From NCBI GenBank assembly GCA_964446835.1, contig CAYUQT010000053.1:949-64948 (forward strand): a stretch of DNA of 64,000 bases. Reading direction: 5' to 3'. Shown here one piece after another: positions 1 through 7,924 of this stretch. The notes beneath the pieces are model-generated. The model was not told where the DNA came from and did not search any database. It saw only the letters and a program-made list of their open reading frames with translations. The translations under genes and the position numbers were made by a program. Source of the DNA: an uncultured Planctomycetales bacterium. GTDB taxonomy: Bacteria > Planctomycetota > Phycisphaerae > UBA1845 > JAFGLZ01. The first letter of the stretch is position 1. Every line of letters starts with the position of its first letter.

Positions 1-319
1 ACGTCAGGATCTTGACCCCCGCCGCGGCGCTGGACTGGGGTACTACCACCGCCGGCGCCCGATAGGTCTTTGGGGGGCGACCGGGCACAATCACCTCGTC
101 AATCAGCGGACCACTTCCTCCCTCCGCAAACGTCCTCACCACCATGCGGGAAGCCGCGACCGGGATTGGGGCCTCGGGCATGTCGGCAGCGCTAAGGATG
201 GGTGGCTCAACTGACTCTGCGAAGGCATGTGTACCTGTTGGAGGACAAAGCAAAACCAACCAGGCCGGAATCAAGATGAGCAATTCCAGGTTTCCCCGCT
301 TTGTTAGCCCACGCGACAT
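1..319 (-). CDS. Secreted/envelope protein, N-terminal fragment only (gene continues past window start)
   Basis: Minus-strand ATG at 319 with AAGGAG 7 nt upstream. Translation MSRGLTKRGNLELLILIPAWLVLLCPPTGTHAFAE... looks like a signal peptide. The frame stays open to position 1, so it is absent from the ORF track. Confidence 0.6.
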   Translation of the reverse strand, partial: MSRGLTKRGNLELLILIPAWLVLLCPPTGTHAFAESVEPPILSAADMPEAPIPVAASRMVVRTFAEGGSGPLIDEVIVPGRPPKTYRAPAVVVPQSSAAAGVKILT

Positions 320-949
320 TGTCCGATCTCCTTTACGCCATGAGTGTCCGCTTTCAAGCACGGATCACGAATATTGGCGGGCCGGTCCCGCCGTTGGTTG
401 TGGTTAAGAACCGCTTGAAGCGCCGCCTATTCCTCCCTCGGTAAGGTCAGTGGCATGCTGACATCGATGACCTTGGCAGCACGGTTGGGCGGCGCACCGA
501 ACCCGTAGGAGACCCCAAGGTAGAACGACAAGCACGCTCACCCGAGTCATCATTCGCATTCCGGCTCCTACGACCAAACGAAGGGAACTCTTCGAATCCC
601 AATTCCCTGCCCCCAACCACTACTTGGAGGTCTACACCCGTGGCGATCAGGCGAGGGCCAAAGGGCCGTCGCCTATCTGCGTCAAGCGAAAAACGCCTGC
701 CACACTTCACTCACTTCTCCCAGGTTCTTCACAGAATCGATTTCCTCTTTCCCTTAACCGACCCATGAAGCAATGTCCTACACAATTTGGGTGGGATTCA
801 AGCTTCGCTTCAGTATGTTCATGGGGCCGCAAATCGTCAAGAAAATTCCCTATCTTCTGTGACGGAAGATTTTCTGGCTAATATCGGTAGTTAACTTGCT
901 GGGCCTATAAGATGTTAGGTCCTGACAACCAAACTCAATCGACACGAAT

Positions 950-965
950 TAGGGTTATAACCCTA
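950..965. repeat. 16-bp perfect AT-rich palindrome TAGGGTTATAACCCTA overlapping the stop codon of the 963..2093 gene
   Basis: Read directly; the reverse complement is identical. Confidence 0.9.
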
Positions 966-2093
966 GACAATTGCGGAAGATGGGTTCGGATTTCCGTGGC
1001 GGCAGAGGATCGGCCAGTGGTCGATGACCCGGCCGCCCTCACACACTGAAAAATGGCTATAAAGGTAAATAGTGGTACAAACATGCCGGGGGGCGAATAG
1101 AACCATCTCGCCGAGGCGAGGTTCGGGCCCCTGGCCGGTCCAACGGCACACCTGGTGTTCCTCGCTGGCTCGCTCGGGAATGAGGCCTGGACGGTTCATC
1201 ACCAGGGGCTGGCCGGGGACATCCCGGCTGATGCCCTTGCTGCCGGCATCGAGCGACACGGTGTCGGGGGTGGGTCGGCTGATGACCCTCGAAGCTACCA
1301 GCGCAGCGAAGTCGAAGCGGTGCCCGTCGATCTCGTCATAGGCCCCATCCCAGAAGAGCCACGTGCCCGGTGTCAATTCGTCGATGCCGTCGATGTCCTT
1401 GGCGGCGATGAAACTCAGCGAGCCCGAGGTGCTCAGGAAGACGGGTCCGTCGCAGAGTCCCTGGGCGGTCCACCGGTCCTTGATCCGCAGGGCCTCGGAC
1501 ATGGCGGCCTGAACGTTCCGCTGCCGAGTCGGCAGATCGTTATCGCGGATATGGCCGTCGTAGGCATGCAGCCCGCGCAGCCGAAGGTGAGACAGGCGCA
1601 GGATGGCCTGAGCCAGGAATTCGGCCGTCTGGTCGGGGGCAATGCCGGTGCGATGCATGCCGACGTCCAGGTCGATCAGCACGTCGACCGGGCGGGCGAG
1701 GTTGCGGCAGGCCTCGTTGAGCTCCGCCGCCGCCTGGGCGTCGTCGGCGGTGACGATAACGTTGCTCTGGGGAAATTCGGCCAATAGTGCGGCCAGGCGC
1801 CGGGCGTTCGGACCGACCATGGGATAGGCCAGCATGATGTCCGTCGAACCGGACTCGATCAGCAGGCGGACCTCGTCCACCGAGGCGCACTTGAACTTGC
1901 GGATTCCTCGCTCCATCAACAGACGAACGACCTGGCGGCACTTGTGCGTTTTGATGTGCGGACGGAGGCGACCGAGATCGCCGACGAGACTCGCCATACG
2001 ATCGATATTGGCGTGAAGGACGGATGGAAACAGCAGCAACGACGGTGTCGGCAGCGAGGCCGGGTCACGGATGTCGTAGACGGATGCGTCCAT
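963..2093 (-). CDS. PLP-dependent D-serine dehydratase / D-threonine aldolase-like enzyme (alanine-racemase N-terminal fold, DSD1 family)
   Basis: 376-aa ORF with an RPHIKTHK lysine motif near the N-terminus, as in the DSD1/D-threonine aldolase family. Last gene of a 3-gene minus-strand string. Confidence 0.75.
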   Translation of the reverse strand: MDASVYDIRDPASLPTPSLLLFPSVLHANIDRMASLVGDLGRLRPHIKTHKCRQVVRLLMERGIRKFKCASVDEVRLLIESGSTDIMLAYPMVGPNARRLAALLAEFPQSNVIVTADDAQAAAELNEACRNLARPVDVLIDLDVGMHRTGIAPDQTAEFLAQAILRLSHLRLRGLHAYDGHIRDNDLPTRQRNVQAAMSEALRIKDRWTAQGLCDGPVFLSTSGSLSFIAAKDIDGIDELTPGTWLFWDGAYDEIDGHRFDFAALVASRVISRPTPDTVSLDAGSKGISRDVPGQPLVMNRPGLIPERASEEHQVCRWTGQGPEPRLGEMVLFAPRHVCTTIYLYSHFSVCEGGRVIDHWPILCRHGNPNPSSAIV

Positions 2094-2168
2094 CGCCGCG
2101 ATCCTGTTCTGGTCGCCCCCAGGGCCCGCCGCTGTCAGGAGACTGTCACGGAACGGCTCGCCGGCCGT

Positions 2169-3005
2169 CTAGTCCTCGTAACTCAATCCGACCCGGTCGC
2201 AGATCGCCCGCAAGGCGTTCACCGCCGTGGAGAAGAGCTGCGGACCGGTGTGGCCGGAGAACTGTCCCGCCGCCGACAGGTGCGGCTCGAGGGCGAGGAA
2301 GCCTTCGTAGCCCATGGCAGCCGCTCCGGCGAGCACCTTCTCGATTTCGCCGTCGCCTTGGCCGGCCGGAACGCAGTGGTCTCCCACGCCGCGAACCATA
2401 TCCTTGATGTGGAAGTACCTGACGTATTTCTTGAGCGGTTCCCAGCAGGTCTCAAAGACAGGCATCGCACCCATGTGGACGAAGTTGGCCGGATCGAACG
2501 CCATCACCAGTTTGTCCGACACGAGATTCTCGAACAGGTCGGCCAGTTGCGCCGGCAGGGCGCCGTAAAGGTTCGATTCGTTTTCGAGCACCATCGTCAC
2601 GGGACGCGTCGCCACATAGTCGCACATCTGCTGGAGCCGCTCGATGACCGTCCGGCGGTGGTCCAGGATGTTGCCGCCCTGGGGCGGGTAATAGCTGAAC
2701 ATGCGGACGCGATTGCACCCGAAGAACTCGGCCAGATCGCAGGCGTGCTTGAATTCATCGAAGTGCTTATCGAGATCGCTGTCGACGGTGACCTTGCCGA
2801 TGGGCGAGCCGATGCACGCGACACCGAAACCCCGATCGGTGAACAGCGTCCTGAGGTGCTGGCACTGGGCATCGGTCAGCTTCATGACGTTCGTATTCCA
2901 GGCGCCTCGCAGCTCGATATGCTTGACCCCATTAGCCTCAAGGGTGTCCATTTGAACCACCGGCTCGGCGTCGATCTCATCGGCGAATGCGCTGAATGTC
3001 ACCAT
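2169..3005 (-). CDS. Sugar phosphate isomerase/epimerase (xylose isomerase-like TIM barrel)
   Basis: 278-aa ORF with family-typical motifs (ENE..., FDPANF, HIKD, LEPH). Confidence 0.85.
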   Translation of the reverse strand: MVTFSAFADEIDAEPVVQMDTLEANGVKHIELRGAWNTNVMKLTDAQCQHLRTLFTDRGFGVACIGSPIGKVTVDSDLDKHFDEFKHACDLAEFFGCNRVRMFSYYPPQGGNILDHRRTVIERLQQMCDYVATRPVTMVLENESNLYGALPAQLADLFENLVSDKLVMAFDPANFVHMGAMPVFETCWEPLKKYVRYFHIKDMVRGVGDHCVPAGQGDGEIEKVLAGAAAMGYEGFLALEPHLSAAGQFSGHTGPQLFSTAVNALRAICDRVGLSYED

Positions 3006-3054
3006 GTCCGTCTCCTTACGTCAGCCGTTCATTGTTCGAGGAAGCCGCGGCCAT

Positions 3055-4077
3055 TCACGGCAGGGGCAGCTTCACCACGCGGTGCTCGGCTGCCGCCTGT
3101 TCGGCCGCGAAAACCAGTTCATAGGTCTTGCTCGCCCGGGCGATGCTCACGTGCGACTCGGTATTCTTCTCCACACAATCGATGAAGTAGGCGACCTCTT
3201 CGGGGAAGGGGTGGTGCGAGACGTTCCAGTCGTCGGGATACGTTGCGGGGATGCTCATGAACCCCTTGGACTGCGGGAACATCGTCGTCGAGTACAGCCC
3301 GTTGTTCCGGATGCACCCCTTCGAGCCGTTCACCTGAAGATGAAAGACATAAGGCATGTTGCACTCGAGCGACGTGCTGACGCGCCCGATCGTTCCGTTG
3401 TCGAACCGGCAAAGCAGGGCGATCGTCGGCTCGTATTCGAAGTCCTTTCGCCAGCGGGCCGGTTCGGCGAAGGCGGATACCTCGACGACCTCATGCTGCT
3501 CGCCGGCCATCCAGCGGATCATGTCGACGGCATGGATGCCGCCCATCGTCAGGGCGCTGCCGCCGGTCTTGCGAGCGCCCTTCCAGACGCCCTTGATCTC
3601 GTGCCAGTAGTCCGACTCAACGTAGAAGACCTCGCCGATGGCCCCCGAATCGATGAAGTTCTTGAGCCCTGTCACGGCCGGATACCACCGGCAGACGTGT
3701 CCGACCTGCGTCCGTACGCGGTGTTTCTTCTCGGCGGCTACCAGGGTGCGAAGCTCGGAAATCGTGAAGCAGAGCGGCTTCTCACAAAGGACATGCTTGC
3801 CGGCCTGAATACAGGCCAGGGTCTGCTCGTAGTGCAGAAAATTGATCGTGCAGACGCTGGCGAGCTGAATGTCGTCGCGCTGGAGCGCCGCATCGAGACT
3901 GTCGTAGTAGTCGGCCTTGAAGCCGAAGCGGTTCATGTACTGTTCGGCCCGCGCCTTGTCCTCGGGCACCATGCCGACGATCGCGCGGATTTCGGTCCGC
4001 GGATCGAGACAATATCCCTTGATGTGTTCGCCGGCCACCCAGCCGGGACCGATGACCATTGCACCGTATCGCGTCAT
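3055..4077 (-). CDS. Gfo/Idh/MocA family NAD(P)-dependent oxidoreductase
   Basis: The track ORF 3055..4329 trimmed to the internal start MTRYGAMVIGPGWVAGEHIKGY (Rossmann GxGxxG-like). The longer N-terminus overlaps the divergent gene and is compositionally odd. EKP motif (CEKPL) present. Confidence 0.85.
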   Translation of the reverse strand: MTRYGAMVIGPGWVAGEHIKGYCLDPRTEIRAIVGMVPEDKARAEQYMNRFGFKADYYDSLDAALQRDDIQLASVCTINFLHYEQTLACIQAGKHVLCEKPLCFTISELRTLVAAEKKHRVRTQVGHVCRWYPAVTGLKNFIDSGAIGEVFYVESDYWHEIKGVWKGARKTGGSALTMGGIHAVDMIRWMAGEQHEVVEVSAFAEPARWRKDFEYEPTIALLCRFDNGTIGRVSTSLECNMPYVFHLQVNGSKGCIRNNGLYSTTMFPQSKGFMSIPATYPDDWNVSHHPFPEEVAYFIDCVEKNTESHVSIARASKTYELVFAAEQAAAEHRVVKLPLP

Positions 4078-4255
4078 GCCGCTGCCTCCGATGGCACCGC
4101 TGCCTTGCGGGGCGTCAATGTACTTCAGCGAATGCCGAAATACCAGCGGCCGGCAACGGCCACACAGACCTTCGCATGGACATTTGACCCAGGCCACCCT
4201 ATCTTTACAGTGTCCGAGAGTTGCAGCGGTTTGGGGCGATGTCCTGGGAGGTCTT

Positions 4256-5272
4256 ATGACCCCGTACGAGCGATACAAGGCGCGTCTGGCGGGCCAGCCG
4301 GTGGATCGCGTTCCGAACTTCGACATCATGATGACGTTCGCGGCGCACTACATACGGCGGCCGCTGTCGGATTACTACCTCGACTATCAGGTTCTGTGCG
4401 AGGCCAACCTGGCGGTGCAGGAGGTGTTCGACCTGGACATCGTGCAGGCCATCTCCGACCCCTACCGCGAGACCGCCGATTACGGCGGAGACGTCTACTT
4501 CCCCGAGGACGGGCTGCCCGTTCTTCGACATCGCCTGCTGGACGAACCGGAGAAGCTGAAGGACCTTCAGAAGCCGGACGTCATGGGCGGTGGTCGAATG
4601 ACGGATCGGGTTCAGGCGATCCGGCGCTTCCGCCGAACGGTCGGCGAGCGCGTGCCGATCATGGGCTGGGTCGAGGGGGCACTGGCCGAAGCGGCCGACC
4701 TGCGAGGCGTTCTGCACCTGATGATGGACCTGTACGACCGCCCGGAGTGGGTTAAGGAGCTGTTGGAGATCTGCACGGACGTGGCCATCCGGTTTGCCGT
4801 GGAGCAGGTCGAGGCCGGCGCCGACATTGTCGGGCTGGGCGACGCGCTGGCCTCGCAGATCGGCCCGGACGCGTATCGAGAGTTCGCCCTGCCCTACGAG
4901 CAGCGGATCTTCAAGGCGATCAAAGACGCCGGCGGCGTGGGGCGGCTGCACATCTGCGGCAATACGACGCTCTTGCTGGAAGACATGGCCCAGTGCGGTG
5001 CCGACATCGTGGATCTGGACTGGATGGTCAATATGGCCGACGCGGCCCGGGTGCTGAACAATCGGGTAGCGCTGTGCGGCAACTTCGATCCGGTGGCGAT
5101 CATGCTGCAGGGAAGGCCCCAGCAGGTGACCCGTGCGACGCTGGACTGCGTCCATCAGGGGGGCCCCCGCAACTTCAGCGGGGCCGGCTGTGAGATCCCC
5201 GACCATACGCCGAGCGAGAACCTGTTGGCCCAGGCCGCAGCGCTGGAGAAGACCGGGACGATGCGGAGTTAG
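4256..5272 (+). CDS. Uroporphyrinogen decarboxylase (UroD) family protein, MtaA/CmuA-like methyltransferase subgroup
   Basis: The track ORF 3917..5272 trimmed to ATG 4256 (GGGAGG 5 nt upstream): MTPYERYKARLAGQPVDRVPNFD... Retains H-x-C (LHICGN) and a later GAGCEIP cysteine, matching the zinc ligand pattern of MtaA-type enzymes. Confidence 0.8.
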   Translation: MTPYERYKARLAGQPVDRVPNFDIMMTFAAHYIRRPLSDYYLDYQVLCEANLAVQEVFDLDIVQAISDPYRETADYGGDVYFPEDGLPVLRHRLLDEPEKLKDLQKPDVMGGGRMTDRVQAIRRFRRTVGERVPIMGWVEGALAEAADLRGVLHLMMDLYDRPEWVKELLEICTDVAIRFAVEQVEAGADIVGLGDALASQIGPDAYREFALPYEQRIFKAIKDAGGVGRLHICGNTTLLLEDMAQCGADIVDLDWMVNMADAARVLNNRVALCGNFDPVAIMLQGRPQQVTRATLDCVHQGGPRNFSGAGCEIPDHTPSENLLAQAAALEKTGTMRS

Positions 5273-5369
5273 TCTGGAGAAGGTCTCCGACATCCAGCCC
5301 CGCCAGCGGAAGATCGGGCATTGCCCTCGGAGGGGGCCTTCGGGATTGAATGCGAAGGAGGTAGCTGCA

Positions 5370-5552
5370 ATGAACAAGCCGAACGACTCACCGGATCTCA
5401 AGACCCGTCTGTTTGCGGCGGTGTGTTCCTGCTGCGTGTTCTGTATCGGGCGGCGTATGTTTCCCGATTCGGCCTACGGACGGATGATGAAGCAGGTCGA
5501 GAAGAACTGCCCCTTCTGCCGCGCCTACGACCGCGTCCATGCGACCCGGTAG
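5370..5552 (+). CDS. Small Cys-rich hypothetical protein (60 aa)
   Basis: ATG 5370 preceded by GAAGGAGG. Sequence MNKPNDSPDLKTRLFAAVCSCCVFCIGRR...NCPFCRAYDRV. Same frame as track ORF 5133..5552. Lies 97 nt downstream of the UroD-like gene. Confidence 0.5.
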   Translation: MNKPNDSPDLKTRLFAAVCSCCVFCIGRRMFPDSAYGRMMKQVEKNCPFCRAYDRVHATR

Positions 5553-5703
5553 AGGCCCCGAGGCATCGAGGGGAGCGTAGCGTTTCGGGCATCCCCGATC
5601 GTCCGTCAGAAGGCATGGGAGGCCGGTTGGGCGGCTGTCGCCCGGATTCCCCTTCAATTCGCCTGCCCGAATCACCAGAGGGCTGTCGGCTCCGGGAGGA
5701 ATC

Positions 5704-6939
5704 ATGACAGATCGCTTGCCATCGGCCTCGGCCCTGCCCCAACCTGATACCCCCCTGCCCGTTCGGCATCGCGTTTGGATCTTGATCCGACGGGGCTTGA
5801 TGTGTATCGCGGCACTCCTGGTATGTGTGGGATTGCTGCTGGCGTATTGGCGATTTCGACCGAACGCCTCCGTCGTTGCCCCGACTCTCCGGCTGGAGCA
5901 TTGGGTTGCCGTCGGCGACCGGATGCACAACTCGAACACCGACCTGGTGTTCTATCGCGATCGGTTCTATCTCATCCACGCCAGTTCTCCGTGGCATTTC
6001 GGCAGCGAGCGATGCGTCCTTGTCCTGTGGCGATCGCCGGACGCTCGGGCGTGGGAGCGTGTGACCGAGATGCGATTCCCCGGACAGGACATCCGAGACC
6101 CCAAGTTTGCGGTCATGGGAGACCGGCTGTTCCTCTACGTCCTGAAGAACGCCGACTTCGCCGCAGAGCCCTATGCCACCGCCGTCTGCTCGACGACGGA
6201 CGGCAGCACGTGGACGTCTCTGACGGACGTCACCCCAGAGGGCTGGCTCTTCTGGAGCCCCAAGTCGCGGGACGGCAAGACCTGGTACGTGCCGGCGTAT
6301 TGGCGCGATCACGGCAAGTCGATCCTCTTGCGCTCGACCGACGGCGTGAAGTGGACTCAGGTATCCGTCATCCACGAGGGCGATCGCAACGACGAGACGG
6401 CCATCGAATTTCTGCCCGACGGCCGGCTGCTGGCGACGGCGCGATTGGAGATGGACGACAGCTTCTTCGGCCATCCCAACGCCTGCACGCTGATCGCAAC
6501 CGCCTCACCGCCGTACGATACGTGGAAGAGCACGACCTGCGACGTGACACGTCTGGACGGCCCTTGTCTGTTCAGCTACGGAGGGGCACTCTATGCCGTC
6601 GGCCGTCGCAACCCCGATCCTCGCGGCTTCCTGAACTACTACGGCAGCATCCTCGGCCGGAAGCGAACGTCGCTCTACAGGGTCCAGGAGGATCGACTGA
6701 TCTGGCTGTCGGACCTGCCCAGCGCGGGTGACACCGCGTATGCCGGTGCGGTCCGGCGAGGCGAAGACCTTTTCATCAGCTATTACACGAGCCCGATCGA
6801 CCGCGACTATCCCTGGATACTCGGGATGCTCTCCGCCAGCGACATCCGGATCGCGAAGGTCCACCTGCCCACACTGGCCGCCCTCGGGAACCCAACAACG
6901 AGCCGTCGTTCGGATGGAACGAAAGGCCTCGGTCCGTAG
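5704..6939 (+). CDS. BNR/Asp-box repeat (sialidase-like beta-propeller) protein with N-terminal membrane anchor
   Basis: 411 aa. TM segment GLMCIAALLVCVGLLLAYW. Asp-box motifs STTDGSTWTS and RSTDGVKWTQ. GGGAGG precedes the ATG. Confidence 0.75.
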   Translation: MTDRLPSASALPQPDTPLPVRHRVWILIRRGLMCIAALLVCVGLLLAYWRFRPNASVVAPTLRLEHWVAVGDRMHNSNTDLVFYRDRFYLIHASSPWHFGSERCVLVLWRSPDARAWERVTEMRFPGQDIRDPKFAVMGDRLFLYVLKNADFAAEPYATAVCSTTDGSTWTSLTDVTPEGWLFWSPKSRDGKTWYVPAYWRDHGKSILLRSTDGVKWTQVSVIHEGDRNDETAIEFLPDGRLLATARLEMDDSFFGHPNACTLIATASPPYDTWKSTTCDVTRLDGPCLFSYGGALYAVGRRNPDPRGFLNYYGSILGRKRTSLYRVQEDRLIWLSDLPSAGDTAYAGAVRRGEDLFISYYTSPIDRDYPWILGMLSASDIRIAKVHLPTLAALGNPTTSRRSDGTKGLGP

Positions 6940-6982
6940 CCGCCCCGAGCACTCCTCGCACCGGCGCCCCGGGGCGACTATC
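6900..6982 (+). repeat. Left copy of an 83-bp direct repeat bracketing toxin-antitoxin cassette 1 (last 38 bp identical to the right copy)
   Basis: Gapless alignment with 7768..7850 at a constant offset of 868 bp. 6945-6982 equals 7813-7850 exactly (CCGAGCACTCCTCGCACCGGCGCCCCGGGGCGACTATC) and contains the 12-bp palindrome CGCCCCGGGGCG. Confidence 0.85.
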
Positions 6983-7025
6983 CCGAACTCAGGCGATCGG
7001 ATCGAAGGTGAGTTCGGCCGCAAAC

Positions 7026-7053
7026 TTGGTTTGAGGATGGGGTATGCTATAAT
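7026..7053 (+). promoter_or_regulatory. Sigma-70-like promoter of TA cassette 1 (TTGGTT-16 nt-TGcTATAAT)
   Basis: -35 TTGGTT at 7026-7031. Consensus -10 TATAAT at 7048-7053, extended by TG at 7045-7046. Lies 19 nt upstream of the GTG start at 7072. Confidence 0.45.
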
Positions 7054-7071
7054 TCTCAAAGAGGTTCATTC

Positions 7072-7308
7072 GTGACAACAATACGAGCCCATTTCGACGG
7101 CAAGGTCTTCATACCGGATGAGCCCGTGGACTGTCCGACGAACAAGCCTCTACGGCTGGTATTGGTTGAGGAGACGCCCCCTGATCGTCCCCTCATGGGC
7201 CTCGTACAACTGGCACGGGACGATCCGGATGACCCGAACTGGCCCGCGGACGGCGCGTCGCAGACCGATCACTACCTGTACGGCTTGCCGAAACAGGATG
7301 AGCCGTGA
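7072..7308 (+). CDS. Type II antitoxin (DUF104/AF2212-like fold pattern)
   Basis: 78 aa, MTTIRAHFDGKVFIPDEPVDCPTNKPLRLVLVEE... matches the usual G-x-F-x-P...P-x-x-x-x-V-x-V antitoxin pattern. Its stop overlaps the toxin GTG (GTGA). Confidence 0.7.
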   Translation: MTTIRAHFDGKVFIPDEPVDCPTNKPLRLVLVEETPPDRPLMGLVQLARDDPDDPNWPADGASQTDHYLYGLPKQDEP

Positions 7309-7769
7309 TTCTGATCGACACCTCATATCTTGTCGCGCTGAAAGTTCGCACGGATGCGCTTCACGCGCAAGCCGTGGCATGCAGCGCCGTGCTGAGCGGC
7401 CCACTTGTGACCACCGAGTACGTCCTTTGGGAGTTCATCAACCGCCTTTCGACGCCGCCACATCGCAGGACTGCCCATTAGTTCGTACGATTCATGTGTC
7501 AGAGTCCGAGTATCCGCGTTGTCGAGGCAACCGAGAAATGGTTTCGTCTGGGTTTGGCAGCCCACGAGCGGTATGCAGACAAGTCCTGGACGCTGACGGA
7601 CTGCATCTCATTCGAGGTGATGCGATCCCTGGGCGCCGCCGAGGCGCTGATATACGACGTGCATTTCGAACAGGCCGGCTTCCGAGCCCTCTTGCGATAC
7701 CCCGCTCACGATCCTCGCCAGAGTATCTGCCTGCCGTCTCGTGATCGTCAGGCCATGGGCTGCCGATGA
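7305..7769 (+). pseudogene. vapC: PIN-domain VapC-like toxin interrupted by an in-frame TAG (7479-7481)
   Basis: GTG 7305: VILIDTSYLVALK...TTEYVLWEFINRL...TAH, then TAG, then the same frame continues FVRFMCQ...DKSWTLTDCISFEVM...IYDVHFEQAGFRALL. The four PIN acidic positions are split across the two halves. Confidence 0.7.
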
Positions 7770-7850
7770 GCCCATCTTCCGTCCGAACGAAAGGCTACGG
7801 TCTATGGTAACGCCGAGCACTCCTCGCACCGGCGCCCCGGGGCGACTATC
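7768..7850 (+). repeat. Right copy of the 83-bp direct repeat bracketing TA cassette 1
   Basis: See 6900..6982. Perfect 38-bp core at 7813-7850. Confidence 0.85.
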
Positions 7851-7924
7851 ATGAATGGGGGCAACCGGGGCGATGTCGGCCTCGGAGGGGCCCCCGGGGG
7901 TGTTGCTGTTCCAGGAGTTCACGG

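Noticed and set aside
585-600. TTCGAATCCC, a tRNA T-loop-like string
   Set aside because: The flanking sequence cannot form T-stem, acceptor or anticodon arms on either strand. I found no tRNA in the window.
440-640. Possible cobalamin riboswitch on the minus strand (GCCACTG heptamer, GGGAA-like segments)
   Set aside because: I could not align the conserved AGGGAA...GGTG...CCCGCCACTGT core or a B12 box. The evidence is limited to one short heptamer, so a covariance-model search would be needed before any call.
3004-4755. 583-aa plus-strand ORF
   Set aside because: It lies antisense to the well-supported Gfo/Idh/MocA gene and runs into the UroD-like gene in another frame. Its Arg/Gly/Pro-rich composition is typical of shadow ORFs in GC-rich DNA.
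7479-7481. Recoding of the in-frame TAG (for example pyrrolysine), considered because MtaA-like methyltransferases are nearby
   Set aside because: No pyl genes are in the window. TAG also serves as the ordinary stop of confident genes here (6937-6939; 963-965 on the minus strand). A PIN toxin is not a known recoding target, so a nonsense mutation is the simpler reading.
6900-7850. An integron gene cassette or IS element as the explanation for the repeat-flanked TA module
   Set aside because: There is no integrase or transposase. The repeats are direct, not inverted. No attC core sites (RYYYAAC/GTTRRRY) are present, and the cassette has its own promoter. It is kept only as a repeat-bracketed cassette.
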